Shown: positions 19,209 to 32,950 of the stretch, in pieces
Position numbering within the stretch: position 1 is the first letter of the stretch
Layout of the letters: every line of letters begins with the position of its first letter
Assembly (NCBI RefSeq): GCF_009914755.1
Contig: NC_060928.1
DNA: 64,000 nucleotides
Direction: 5' to 3' (one strand)
DNA from: the human T2T-CHM13v2.0 reference genome, Homo sapiens
Program-made: the position numbers and the translations under genes
Notes under the pieces: generated by a model
What the model was told of the DNA's origin: nothing
Databases searched by the model: none
Seen by the model: the letters and a program-made list of their open reading frames with translations, nothing else

Positions 19209-21607
19209 TTATCCCATTTGCTTTGCCATTTCATATAAATTTTAAAATAATCTTGTATAAATCTATCACTTGCTAAGATGTTGACAGAAATTGTGTTAAT
19301 TAATTCTACATTTCAATTTGGGAGAGAATGACATCTTTACTGTGTCCCATGATATGAACAAGATATGTCTCTCTATTTAGAGCTTTTTTTGATTTCTTTA
19401 CATGAGCATTTTGTAATTTTAGCATTCAAGTCCTTTATATGTCTTTTTGGGTTGACATCTAAGGATTTCATGATTTTTGAACAATTGTAAATGGTTTTAT
19501 ATTTTTAATTTTGATTTTCATGTGTACATTGTTAGTATATAGAAATACAACTATTTTATACATGTTGATTCTGTATCCTGTGATCGTACTGGACTCACTT
19601 ATTAGCTTTAGGAAATTTTTGTCATTGTTTCCTTGGGATTTTCACATCATTTGTATATAGAAACAGATTTTTTTTAAAAAAATCTGTACACCCTTTATCT
19701 CTTTTCTTGCCTTTTTGGGCTGGCTAGATATCCTGGTCCTATATAGGATATGAGTAGTGAGAGTGGAAGTTCTTTCCTTTCCCCTGATCTTAGGAGGAAA
19801 GTTCCCCAGTACTCCTAGTTTTGTGATAGTTTTCATCATGAAATGGTGTTTTTATCTTGAATCACAAATGGGTGTTTTATCATGAATTTTGCAAAATGCT
19901 TATTCTGCACCAATTGATATGGTTATATAATTCTCCCTTAGCCATTAATATGGTGGAGTACATTAATTGATTTTTGCATATTGAACCAGTTTTCAAAGAA
20001 CTGGTCCATTTCATCTAGATTGTAAAATTAATCTGTGAAGAGTTCTTGGTAGTTGTTCCCTTACATCTTAATTTTATAGAGTTACACCTATCACATTTAA
20101 TAAAATAGGATATATTATTCTATCATAAATATCCCATTGAAGTAACTGAAAGGTTCAGGGTTTATATGATCATTCTCACATAGTTGCCATGGAGCACTCA
20201 GCGTTGATTAAGAAAAGGGAAAACCATTTTATTCTGTCTTTGGTATAGACAATACAATTAGATAAAGCAAAAAATTTGTTACAAATACTGATGGCTAGAA
20301 GCATTTCGCAAAGACAAATAAAATTCTTATAGTACATATAAATTTATTTTTACCCTTGTATTACAAATACCCCAAATATATTAACTTAATACCCCCTCCA
20401 AAAAGTTAAACCCTATCTTACTAAAGATGAAAATATATTTAGTATTAATGACAATTAGGCATACCTGTATATATTTGGCTCTACAGAAATTATATTCATA
20501 ACAAATCACAGGGTGACATTGTTTTATGTTCTGCAGAATTTTGATTCCTTATCATCATTCACAATTATTTTCAGAATTGCCTAAGGGAAAATTGTTACCT
20601 TGGGAGCACAAAGAATATACACTTTTATTCTAGACCAGAAAAGCTGAAATTCTTTTGGCTTTATACTATCCTTATCTTGGTGAGTATCTTAGAATGGGGA
20701 TGGTAGATTCATGGTATTTGGGCTCCCATTTCCCACTTTTGCACGCATTGAAGACATCATTATTCAGCCTTTCCCAAATAGTAAGGCAAAAAATTGTTAT
20801 TATTTTTAACATAATCTCTCAGGCAACTATTTCCTATCTAGCAATATAACACACAAGACGTAACCCATTAGCCTTGCCTATCCTAAATGTTTTAGGAGGA
20901 AATTATTTAAAAATAAAATAAAAAACCATGACATAGTCTCTGTCTGAAACTTATAGCTGGTCAATCATTGGAAGCATTTAATCAAAAGATTATTAGACAT
21001 GATACATTAAAATAACATGCAATTATTTAAAAATATATAATAGGGAAATAGGAAAAACATTGTTGCAATAATCATTTTTACAGCCACATTATAAAAAATT
21101 GCTGAAATTTTATGGTGCCAACTTCCAGATTAATCTCTGGTTGTCTATGGTTCAAAATTGATTGATTTTTTTTTTTGCTCTTCTAAATTTTTAAATAGCA
21201 GAAGTATTGTCTTTTGAAAAATTACTCTGTAACTTGAAAAGAATTTATTGTATGTAGGATATTTGGTAATCACTCATTTATTCACTCATTCCACAAATAT
21301 TTACTGAATACTTAATAAGTTCTGGCCACTGTTTTCAACTCTAAGGGTAAGTAGTGAAAAGAAAGTCATAGTTCTGCGCCCACAGAGGGACGATACAGAG
21401 AGATAGAAATGTACAGAAAAACATTCATACACAACTTTACGGAGAGTACTGAGATATGATGTTTTGCTAGAGAGCACTAGGTGACAAATTTAGATTGCTG
21501 GGTAACAGGTGACTTCTCAAAGAAGCCAGTAATTGATCAGAGATACAAATTACATGAAGGAGTCACCTTGGTAAGGTTGTGGGCAGAGGAAGAACACTCC
21601 ATACCAG

Positions 21608-22648
21608 CAGAGCTGGCTACATAAATTACAGGGCCCAATGCAAAATGAAAACGATCTCTTCTTCCAAAAACAGAAAAAAAGTATTACTAAGATGCTAAAA
21701 TATAAAGCTTTCCCCTTTCTTCTCTGTACTCATGGTGTTTTGTTATTTCCTATTTAATGTCATTCTAAGCAAAGAAGATTAAAATTTCAAATTATCAGCC
21801 TAAATGTTACCATTCATCTTTATAGTGTGCACTGTACCAGTTTTAATAGGAAACAGGAAATTTTTAAAGAGCATTTAACTCATGTGTCATCACAAAAATT
21901 AAATGATTTTTAATTCTGTAACTTGTACATACATAGGTATTTCATTCTTACCATGACAGTAGAAGCATTATCCAGAATTAACAGTTTTTTATTTCACAAC
22001 TTGACAGGCATACATTCGTTCCACACTCTCTAACTTTAACTTACTTATGAGTAAGGAGAAACAAAAGGAAAATGAACCGTGGATTGCCTTACCTTTCTTT
22101 TTCCTTCTATTCCATTATTTTCACTATAGGTGGTTATTTAATACTGAGAACTTACATCAGTAAGAAAGGTTATAATAGGGTTTTTTGGTCATTCATGTTT
22201 CTTGGAATGCAATTTTCTCCTTTCTGTAGAAAGGAGAAATTTTTGAAGAAAGTTCTGATTCTTAACAGAAGCATGACCTTTCAGAGTTGTCAGTGCCCCT
22301 GCTTACCCAGTTCTAGACATAATAACATGATTACCTAGTATTCATTTTGTGTCATCATGAACTCCCCCATGTTGTAGGTCCACCAGAATTCTGAGTGTTT
22401 AAAATTGCAAATGCTGTGTGCAAATTAGCTGGCAAAAAATGGTGGAAATCTTGCACGTATTTCTTCTGCTCACCTGTGTACTCCATTGTCCCATTAGATT
22501 TCATTTAAAGATACAAACTGTGAAAGATACAAATTCTTAAAAATCTTGAGACAGCAATGGCACAGCATTAAACCAGGCCTGGGGCTCTTGTGAGCCCAGT
22601 GCGCACTTCTGTGACTTCACAGTTCACACACCCATGAAGCCGACCCTA
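21608..22648 (-). mobile_element. MER45B-like hAT-Tip100 DNA transposon
   Basis: Ends cagagctggctacataaattacagggcccaatgcaaaatgaaa and cccatgaagccgacccta match MER45 termini; length about 1040 bp. Confidence 0.75.
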
Positions 22649-22908
22649 CGCAGACAGGTCAAGACCTGGTATGAAGGCCTTAAAGTAGAAATAAGCTTGG
22701 CACTTTTGAGAATGAGAAAAAAGGCCACTTGGTGGATGGGAAAAAGAGTGGAGGAGTTGAGGTCAGTGAGGAAGGAGAGAGCAGATGATAAGGCTTTATA
22801 GGCCTAGGTAAGAAGTCTAATTTTATTTGATGGGAAGCTCTTGAAATATCATAAACTAGGAGCAGTGTGATCTGGTTTATATTTTTAAAAATTGGCTCTC
22901 ATGTGGAG

Positions 22909-23238
22909 TGCTATGGTTTTGATGTTTGTTCCCTCCAAAACTCATGTAAAAATTTAATTGCCATTGTAGCAGAATTAAAAGGTGGGACCTTTAAGAGGTG
23001 ATTAGGCCATGAGGGCTACATCCTCATGGTGTTGTTCCGAAAGGGCGAGTTTAGATCTCTCTCTCTCTCTCGTTTTTCCATCATATAATGATGCAGTAAG
23101 AAGGTCCATGTCACATGCCGACACCTTGATGTTAGACTTCCCAGCCTCCAGAATATGAGCCATTCAATTTCTGTTCATTATAAATTACCCAGTCTGTGGT
23201 ATACTGTTATAGCACCACAAAACAAACAGTATGAAGTA
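22909..23238 (+). mobile_element. MST-type MaLR LTR
   Basis: tgctatggttttgatgtttgttccctccaaaactcatg...ggtgggacctttaagaggtgattaggccatgagggc...ataaattacccagtct. Confidence 0.82.
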
Positions 23239-24136
23239 GGGAAAACTGTGGTGGTTTGAATTACATTGGAAATAGTATAGGTGGAAAGGTGTGCAAGACT
23301 TGGGATAAATTTTAGAAGTTAAATGGATAGAGCTTCTGTTGAGTTGGATGTAGGATGTGAGGAAAAGAGAGTAATAAGAGATGCCTGTGTGTGTTTTGTT
23401 CTTTCTTTGAGCGATGAGGTGGGGAGGACTAGTGGTAGGGCACGTTTGCTGAAGAGAGGAAACCAGTAGTTCTTTTTTGGCTGTGGTGAGTCTGATTTGT
23501 CTGCTAAACCTATAAGTGATTTTGCCAAGTTGCCTATTTAGGATTAAAGGTATAACAGCCAATGAATACATAAGTATAAATTATAGCAACATATAGAGAA
23601 AACTTATAAGAATTACAACCCGTTTGCCATTTTTCTCTGCATGAGGAATGATTGCTATTTCAGATGGTCAGGATCAGTGCACAATATAGAAAGATCAAAA
23701 TAAACTTCTTTCCTCCCCTTAATGACAGGTCACTATATACACCAAGGACGATCTGTTGGTTCATCCATTTGAGAAAAAAATGCAGTCTTATTAGTAGCAA
23801 ATCACATAGGTACTTGAATTCATGAGGATGGTCTAAAACTTCATTTTAATAATTGCTAGCAGCTCACATACTATTCCTACAAATATGTCCTCAGATGAGG
23901 TCCCAGAGGTTCTTTACGTTTGTTAGTCTTTTCCCTTTCTTTCTGTTTTATCTCTCTGCTTTTTGTGTTTCATTTATGTGGTAAAAAGCAATGGGTAAAT
24001 GCTGACCTGCCTGCAGCAAGGTCATAGCCAGAAGACTGTTATCCTGACTCCATCCCTAGTCCCTCATGTTGTGGATACTCATCCTCAGTATGAGGTTGCT
24101 TGGAATTCACAGGAGTGACATCTAGACCAAGAATGT

Positions 24137-24217
24137 TTCTCTTACTAATATCCATTACTTCTCATTCCACAACATCCATTCTCTTACTAATATCCATTAC
24201 TTTTCATTCCACAGCAT
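24137..24217. repeat. Tandem duplication, period 42 bp
   Basis: ttctcttactaatatccattactt(c/t)tcattccaca(a/g)cat occurs twice. Confidence 0.88.
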
Positions 24218-24433
24218 TTTCATTATGTGAAAAAATATTTTGCTTCCATAGGTGAAGAAGTAAAGGAATGAAGAAGTAATGGAGAAGAGCATCCTATCAT
24301 GCCCCAAATAGCTACCATTATGGAGGATCTGTTATGTACAAGTACTTTCTATACTCTGTTTTGTAAAACCTTATGGAACCCATGCAGGACAAATGATTTA
24401 TTTCCTCATTTCATGGTGAGGTCAAGATCATAT

Positions 24434-25267
24434 TGATAGAGACAGGAGGCAGGGAAATTCTGGGCAGAAGAGGGCAGGTCTCTGGTGAGGACCTCACCCT
24501 CAAGCTGAAAAGCCAGGAACTGTGGCCCAAAGTGAGAACTGACATCCCTGTTTTCCCACTCAAGTGTTGCCTTTTCCAAAACCACCCATGGCCCACGCTG
24601 CCCACAGTTCTGTGCCCATAAAAACCCCAGGCTCAGCTGGCAGAGAGATGAGAAGCAGCTGAATGTCAGAGACTATAGTTGAACATAGGAGAGAAGTGGC
24701 TTGACTTCAGAGGGACAGCTTGACAGCGTAGCTTCAGTGCAGAGTCTGGCCGGGTATAGCTGGACTCCAGGGGAAGATTACCTTCCTGCTCCATCCCCTT
24801 TTCAGCTCCCCCTCCCACTGATAGCCACTTTCATTGGATATAAAATCCCCCACATTTATCACTTTCAATTCATTTGTGTGATCTCATTCTTCCTGGATGC
24901 CAGACAAGAACTCGGGTGTGCATGCAAAAGGCTGTCACGCTAAACTGTTAACACTTAAGCCATCTGCAGATGGCAAAGACAAAAGGGCACTGTAATACTC
25001 CTTCTGGGGCTTCAGGGATTGTGGGCATCCCCCTAGATGCTGTTGCAGGGCCTGTACAGTTTCAGATCCTGCTGGTGCCCAAAAGCACTCACCCTGGCTC
25101 TTGCACCTGCTCACCTGTGCTCCCCTTCCTGTGAGGGGTGGAATGCAGCAGAACAGAGTTGAGTGGAGTGGAGTCTGCCCCTGCTGGCACCAAAGTGGTG
25201 GGCTAGTTCTAGCACCTGTGTACTACAGTTCCCACCTATGAAAGGGTAAGGGAAATATCCTGCTTCA
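24434..25267 (+). mobile_element. LTR1-family (ERV1) solo LTR inserted in a MIR
   Basis: tgatagagacaggaggcagggaaattctgggcagaagagggc...cctgcttca; perfect 4-bp TSD atat; MIR-like sequence on both sides (about 24310-24430 and 25272-25350). Confidence 0.8.
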
Positions 25268-25578
25268 ATATTGCTAATACATTTCATTTTGGTGAATCCA
25301 ATTCGTATACTCAAGCTACAAAATCTGTGCTCTTTCCATCACACAATACTGCTTCTCCAAAAAAACTTTACTATTTGAAAATTTCCTTTTTACATCTCAA
25401 ATATCCATTTACTTTTGAGTTCTAACTGGAATCACTAGAATGTTACTTTTAAAGAATAATTCAGTATCCAACTTTATAGATGAGAAAACCAAAGCACAGA
25501 GAGGTCTGTTCTTACATATATTAGACACTAACAGATGTAAGAAAAGACCAAAGGTTACATTTAATTTTATTCCAATCC

Positions 25579-25837
25579 GGCCAGGCACGATGGCTCACAC
25601 CTGTAATCCCAGCACTTGGGGAGGCTGAGGCGGGTGGATCACGAGGTCAGGAGTTCAAAACCAGCCTGACCAACATGGTGAAACCCTGTCTCTACTGAAA
25701 ATACAAAAATTAGCCAGGTGCGGTGGCACACACCTGTAATCCCAGCTATTCAAGAGGCTGAGTCAGGAGAATTGCTTGAACCCAGGAGGCAGAGGTTGCA
25801 GTGAGCCAAGATCTTGCCACTGCACTCCAGCAAAAAA
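25579..25837 (+). mobile_element. AluS lacking its last ~25 nt
   Basis: Ends cactccagc followed by A6; TSD aatttta(t/c)tccaatcc at 25563-25578 and 25836-25851. Confidence 0.92.
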
Positions 25838-26789
25838 TTTTACTCCAATCCCCTGTATAAAATGCAAAGCTTATTTTGCACAGTTTAAATGAATCCTGAC
25901 AGGTGAAAGTGATCATAGATAGGTCTAGATTGTAGTGTGTCTTCTAGTTAGCATAACTGCATCTTGGAACAAATACAATTCAGCCTTTTATTTATGAAAA
26001 CTAGTTAGAATGTAACCTCATTATATAAATGGAGGCAAACATCAGAAAGCACACATCAAACATGCAAAAGCCATTTTCTTTTTAACACAAAAACAGAAAA
26101 GAATATTATAACTCTCCTGTAACACAAATTAAACTGAAATAATTTACTTGGGACCATAACTAGATACATGAAGGTTTGGATTTTCTTAAGTATCTGCAGT
26201 TAGGTATAATGTTAACCATAGGTAAATAAGGCTCAGGAAGGAGGGTATTTCAAAGGTTGTTCAGCTTAGAATAAAATTAGAACATGTTTCTTAAGAAATT
26301 AGGCTTAAAATTACTTGCTTTTATTATTTTTCAGTGTCTCCAAAGATTTCTGAGACCTAGATAAGTTGTTAGCACTGTTTCAAAGCTTTGCAATTTTTAG
26401 GTGTCAGATCTTCAGGATGGGGACTACTTGGTTTGAAAGTTAGAAAGAAGCCATATTTTGCAGCACTGTAAAATTCATCCAGAACTACAGTGGATGAAAA
26501 CAGCTAAGTATAACACAGTTTTAGTGGCTTATGTAAAATATATTGGTAATTTGTCCAGATATTCATGTGAAAAATCTGTTCTGAGGGAAATGATGCTGTT
26601 CAAGCTAGAACGCAAGGGAGAGATGGAACATATAGTGATGGTGACTGCTCTATATGCCAAGGGGAACTATGTGAAGACTAAAGAGCATGTGAAAAATTGA
26701 AATATGTGCTGCATTCTTCAGTGAATAAAGTAGTATGTAGGTTTTTATGTATGCTTCCAAAGCAGAGACACAAATGATGTATCTGAGAC

Positions 26790-27604
<815 letters not shown>

Positions 27605-27789
27605 TGCTGCAACAGCGCAAAAAGACTTTTGGATGATACAGACAACACATACAATAATGTTTGTCTACTATTGTCCAAATGTGGCTTAAAGAGCTAGTTC
27701 GTAGTCAGCATTGTAATCTCCACCATAGGAAACTGTTTTGGAAAAATGCTCTGACAAATGTCTAGAGTACATTGTATGGATGTGGTGGC

Positions 27790-27950
27790 TGTGTGATTGG
27801 GGAAAATAATCTCTCTGTTTCTAAGCCATGCACAAATGGGAATAATAACAGTACTTGCCAATATTGTTATGAGATTCAAAATATATATGTATGTAAAATT
27901 CTCGGCCTTGACTTAATAATAGTAGTTGTTATTATTGCTATCATTATTAT
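27790..27950 (+). mobile_element. MIR fragment
   Basis: aaatgggaataataacagtac...tgttatgagattcaaa. Confidence 0.55.
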
Positions 27951-28094
27951 ATTATGAACCTTCTGTAGAGATTTTGTTGATAGCTTGAGTTGAATGGGAA
28001 TGAAAATAGAATTTTTCTCCTTTTTGTACCAGTATTTATTTCTTCTGAGAGAAGACTGTGACTGTGTACATATGTTGATAGAGAGCACCAGTAC

Positions 28095-28440
28095 CTGACC
28101 TTGTAATTGCATTCACTCAAATAAAAAAAAAACCTGTTTATAACCAGTTCAATAAACAATTGTTGAGCATGAGGATATGTTAGGCAGAGTGACATTATAA
28201 CGAAAGGAAGATTACAGTAGGAGGAGGCAGAAAGCTGCACAGTGAGATGACTTGACCAAGTCTAAGCAAGAGGAAATGGATACCTGAACTAGGTCAGCTG
28301 CCGGGGATGTGGAATGCAGATGAGCCTGAGAAAAACACTTATGAGACTAATCATCAGGACTTCATGACTGGTGGAAGGTACAGAATGCAGAAGAGAGATG
28401 ATAGGTTTTACATACATTGGCTTGTTTCTGAACTTCTGAG
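28095..28440 (-). mobile_element. L2 fragment
   Basis: ttcaataaacaattgttgagca...catcaggacttcatgactggtggaag. Confidence 0.45.
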
Positions 28441-28578
28441 TGTACCAGAAATTCCAGTACCAATTGCCTTAATCATCTAGGATCAGATCCATCTTTTTAA
28501 TGTTAAAGTAGATTCTAGAGAGGCATTTTTGGACTGTATAACATGTCTCTTAAGGATTCACATCATAACAATCATGCC

Positions 28579-28846
28579 GGCTGGGTGCGGTGGCTCATGC
28601 CTGTAACCTGTAATCCTAGCACTTAGGGAGGGTGAGATCAGGTGTTGGAGACCAGCCTGGCCAACATGGCGAAACCCCATCTCTACTAAAAATACGAAAA
28701 TTAACTAGGAATGGTGGCACATGCCTGTAATCCTAGCTACTTGGGAGGCTGAGGAAGGTGAATTGCTCAGACCCAGGAGGCGGAGGTTGCAGTGAACCAA
28801 TATCAGGCCACTACACCCCAGATTTTGTCTAAAAAGAAAAAAAAAA
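28579..28846 (+). mobile_element. AluS with internal deletions
   Basis: Alu dimer with cctgtaa duplication, a deletion in the left arm and a shortened 3' end. Confidence 0.88.
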
Positions 28847-28961
28847 TCCTCCCTGCATTGGGACTTGAGAATCCCAGTGTCAGGGCTACGTAATATTTGA
28901 GTGTATTCTCTATTGTATACTGGTGTTTGTTTTCTTTATATTAGTTTCCTTTCTCCAATCT

Positions 28962-29253
28962 TATTTATTTATTTAGAGATGGAGTCTTGGTCTGTCATCT
29001 AGGTTGTAGTGCAGTGGTGCTATCTTGGCTCACTGCAACCTCCCACTCCAGGGTTCAGAGATTCTCCTGCCTCAGCCTCCTGAGTAGCTGGGACTACAGG
29101 CATGCGCCACCATGCCTGGCTAATTTTTTGTATTTTCAGTACAGGATTTCACTATGTTGGCCAGGCTGGTCTCAAACTCCTGACCTCTGGTGATCTGCAT
29201 GCCCTGGCCTCCTAAAGTGCTGGGATTACAGGCATGAGCCACCATGCCTGGCC
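28962..29253 (-). mobile_element. AluS
   Basis: Reverse Alu with (TTTA)n tail. Confidence 0.9.
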
Positions 29254-29579
29254 CATTCTTTATTTTATATAAATCTCTTAGTCATAAGGAAGAACATGTA
29301 TTCTTGTGCATGTACACATATACATACATATGTATGAATATGAGATAAACTCATGATAAAGACTTGAAAAAAATAAAAATCAGAAATCACCAAAACAGTA
29401 TTAAAAGAGTACAAATATATATAGAATAATATATTAGAATCTAATAATAATATATTAGAATAATCTTATTCTAATATCTAAATGCTGATATTAAACACAT
29501 TATTACCACCTAGTCAGATCCTGTACAGTGCTATATGTTTCCACGTAATTCATATTCAGTTTGAAATTCCATTACAAGT

Positions 29580-29950
29580 TGTATTAGTCTGTTCTCATGC
29601 TGCTATAAGGACATACCCAAGATGAGCAATTTATAAAGGAAAGAAGTTTAATTGATTCACAGTTCTGCATGTCTGAGGAGGCCTCAGGAAACTTACAATA
29701 ACAGTGAAAGGGGAAGTAAACACGTCCTTCATCACATGGCAGCAGGAGAGAGAAGTGCAGAGGGAAGGGGGAAAGTCCCTTATAAAACCATCAGCTCTCA
29801 TGAGAACTCACTGTCACGAGAACAGCATGAGGGGACTGCCCCCATGTCTAATCGCCTCCCAGGAGGTCCCTCCCACAACACATTGAGATTGCAATTCAGA
29901 TTACAATTCAAGATGAGATTTCGGTGGGGACACAGAGCCAGATTATATCA
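29580..29950 (-). mobile_element. THE1/MSTA MaLR solo LTR
   Basis: tgtattagtctgttctcatgctgctataagg...gagaactcactgtcacgagaacagcatg...gagatttcggtggggacacagagcca...atatca. Confidence 0.88.
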
Positions 29951-30222
29951 CAGGGCTTTCAAAATTAGCTTATTATTAAAGCTCCTCAGATTGTTTTAAT
30001 AGCAGCCTGGTAAGGGAGAACATGTTTCCTGGATAAAGTCTGAATTATTTATTATGACATATAAGGCCCTCTACAATCTGAATCTTGCTGGCCACCCTCA
30101 CCCCACTTCCCCAGTGCTTTCCACTTGCACCAAGTAGCTTGCAATTTTCGAGACACACCCAATGTGGTTGTACCAACTTGCCGTATTTGCTTGCTGTATT
30201 CACATTTCAAGAACCCAGGTTA

Positions 30223-32120
<1,898 letters not shown>

Positions 32121-32739
32121 CCCTAGTCTCTGACTTTTGGTGGGAGGCTGATTTGAGTAATAATAAAACTCAAATCTCCCCCACCAAAACAACAACAACA
32201 AAGATCGATCCAGATTTTACTCCTATGGGAAAATTGAGAATAATAATAAAAAGTTTCAGGATAATAGGGCTGGCAGGACTCATGATTTTCTGGGGCAGCA
32301 GATGCTCTCTGCCAAGGCAAGGTCAAGTTCAGAGTGACAGAGGGGATGCAGAGTCCTGAATTTCAAAGAGTTGTTAGAGTGTTTTGAAGCAGCAGGCTGA
32401 ATTCTGATCCCAGAGCAGAGGCTCTTAGTCCCGCAGTCTGACTTGATGCTGACTGATGAGTCCAAACCCACAGGGGTTTATTGGAGACAGAAGGAAATTA
32501 GAGACTTCCAAATGCCTCTTGTTTCTTGAGTCATAGACAACAGTACTAGAAAATGTTAAATTAACCATCAAGTCTCTCAAAACAAAACAAAACAAAACAA
32601 AATCCTATGAAAGGTGATTCTTACCAGGTTATCTAAAGCCTCTATAAGCCCCTGGTATGAGAGGCAGAAGAGGACCTGTAACCACACAGTGAATCAAAGC
32701 AGAGATATGTCATGGGATGGGTTTGGTTGCATTAAAAAT

Positions 32740-32950
32740 TAATATCCTTTATTGAGTGCTAACTATATATACTAAGGACTTCATGTGTCTTACCTCCTTT
32801 AATCTTCACCATAACCTATAAATTTTGTCCAATTACTATCTTAGAGTAAAATAAGGACGGGAAAATTGAGGCACAGAGAATGTAGAGTCAAAAAAATCTA
32901 TCAAGTGGCAGATTGAGTTTTGACCCTTGCTTCAAGTCTAGCTATGGCTT
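32740..32950 (-). mobile_element. MIR
   Basis: tttattgagtgctaact...tttaatcttcac...aaattgaggcacagaga. Confidence 0.7.

Larger units (their letters stand above)
18090..20075 (-). mobile_element. Old L1M ORF2 relic, interrupted by an MLT1 LTR
   Basis: Minus-strand L1 ORF2 hallmarks (gtcttgattactgtagct, agtatatagaaatacaact, gtagtgagagtgg); heavily diverged. Confidence 0.8.
21270..23530 (-). mobile_element. L2 relic split by MER45B and MST insertions
   Basis: cactcatttattcactcattccacaaatatttactgaa (L2 3' end on minus strand); L2-like sequence resumes at about 22650 and 23240. Confidence 0.65.

Noticed and set aside
24137-24217. Repeat-spacer-repeat pattern reminiscent of CRISPR
   Set aside because: Only two adjacent copies in primate DNA with no cas genes; a simple tandem duplication.
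29652-29999. 115-aa ORF
   Set aside because: Lies almost entirely within a THE1/MST LTR.
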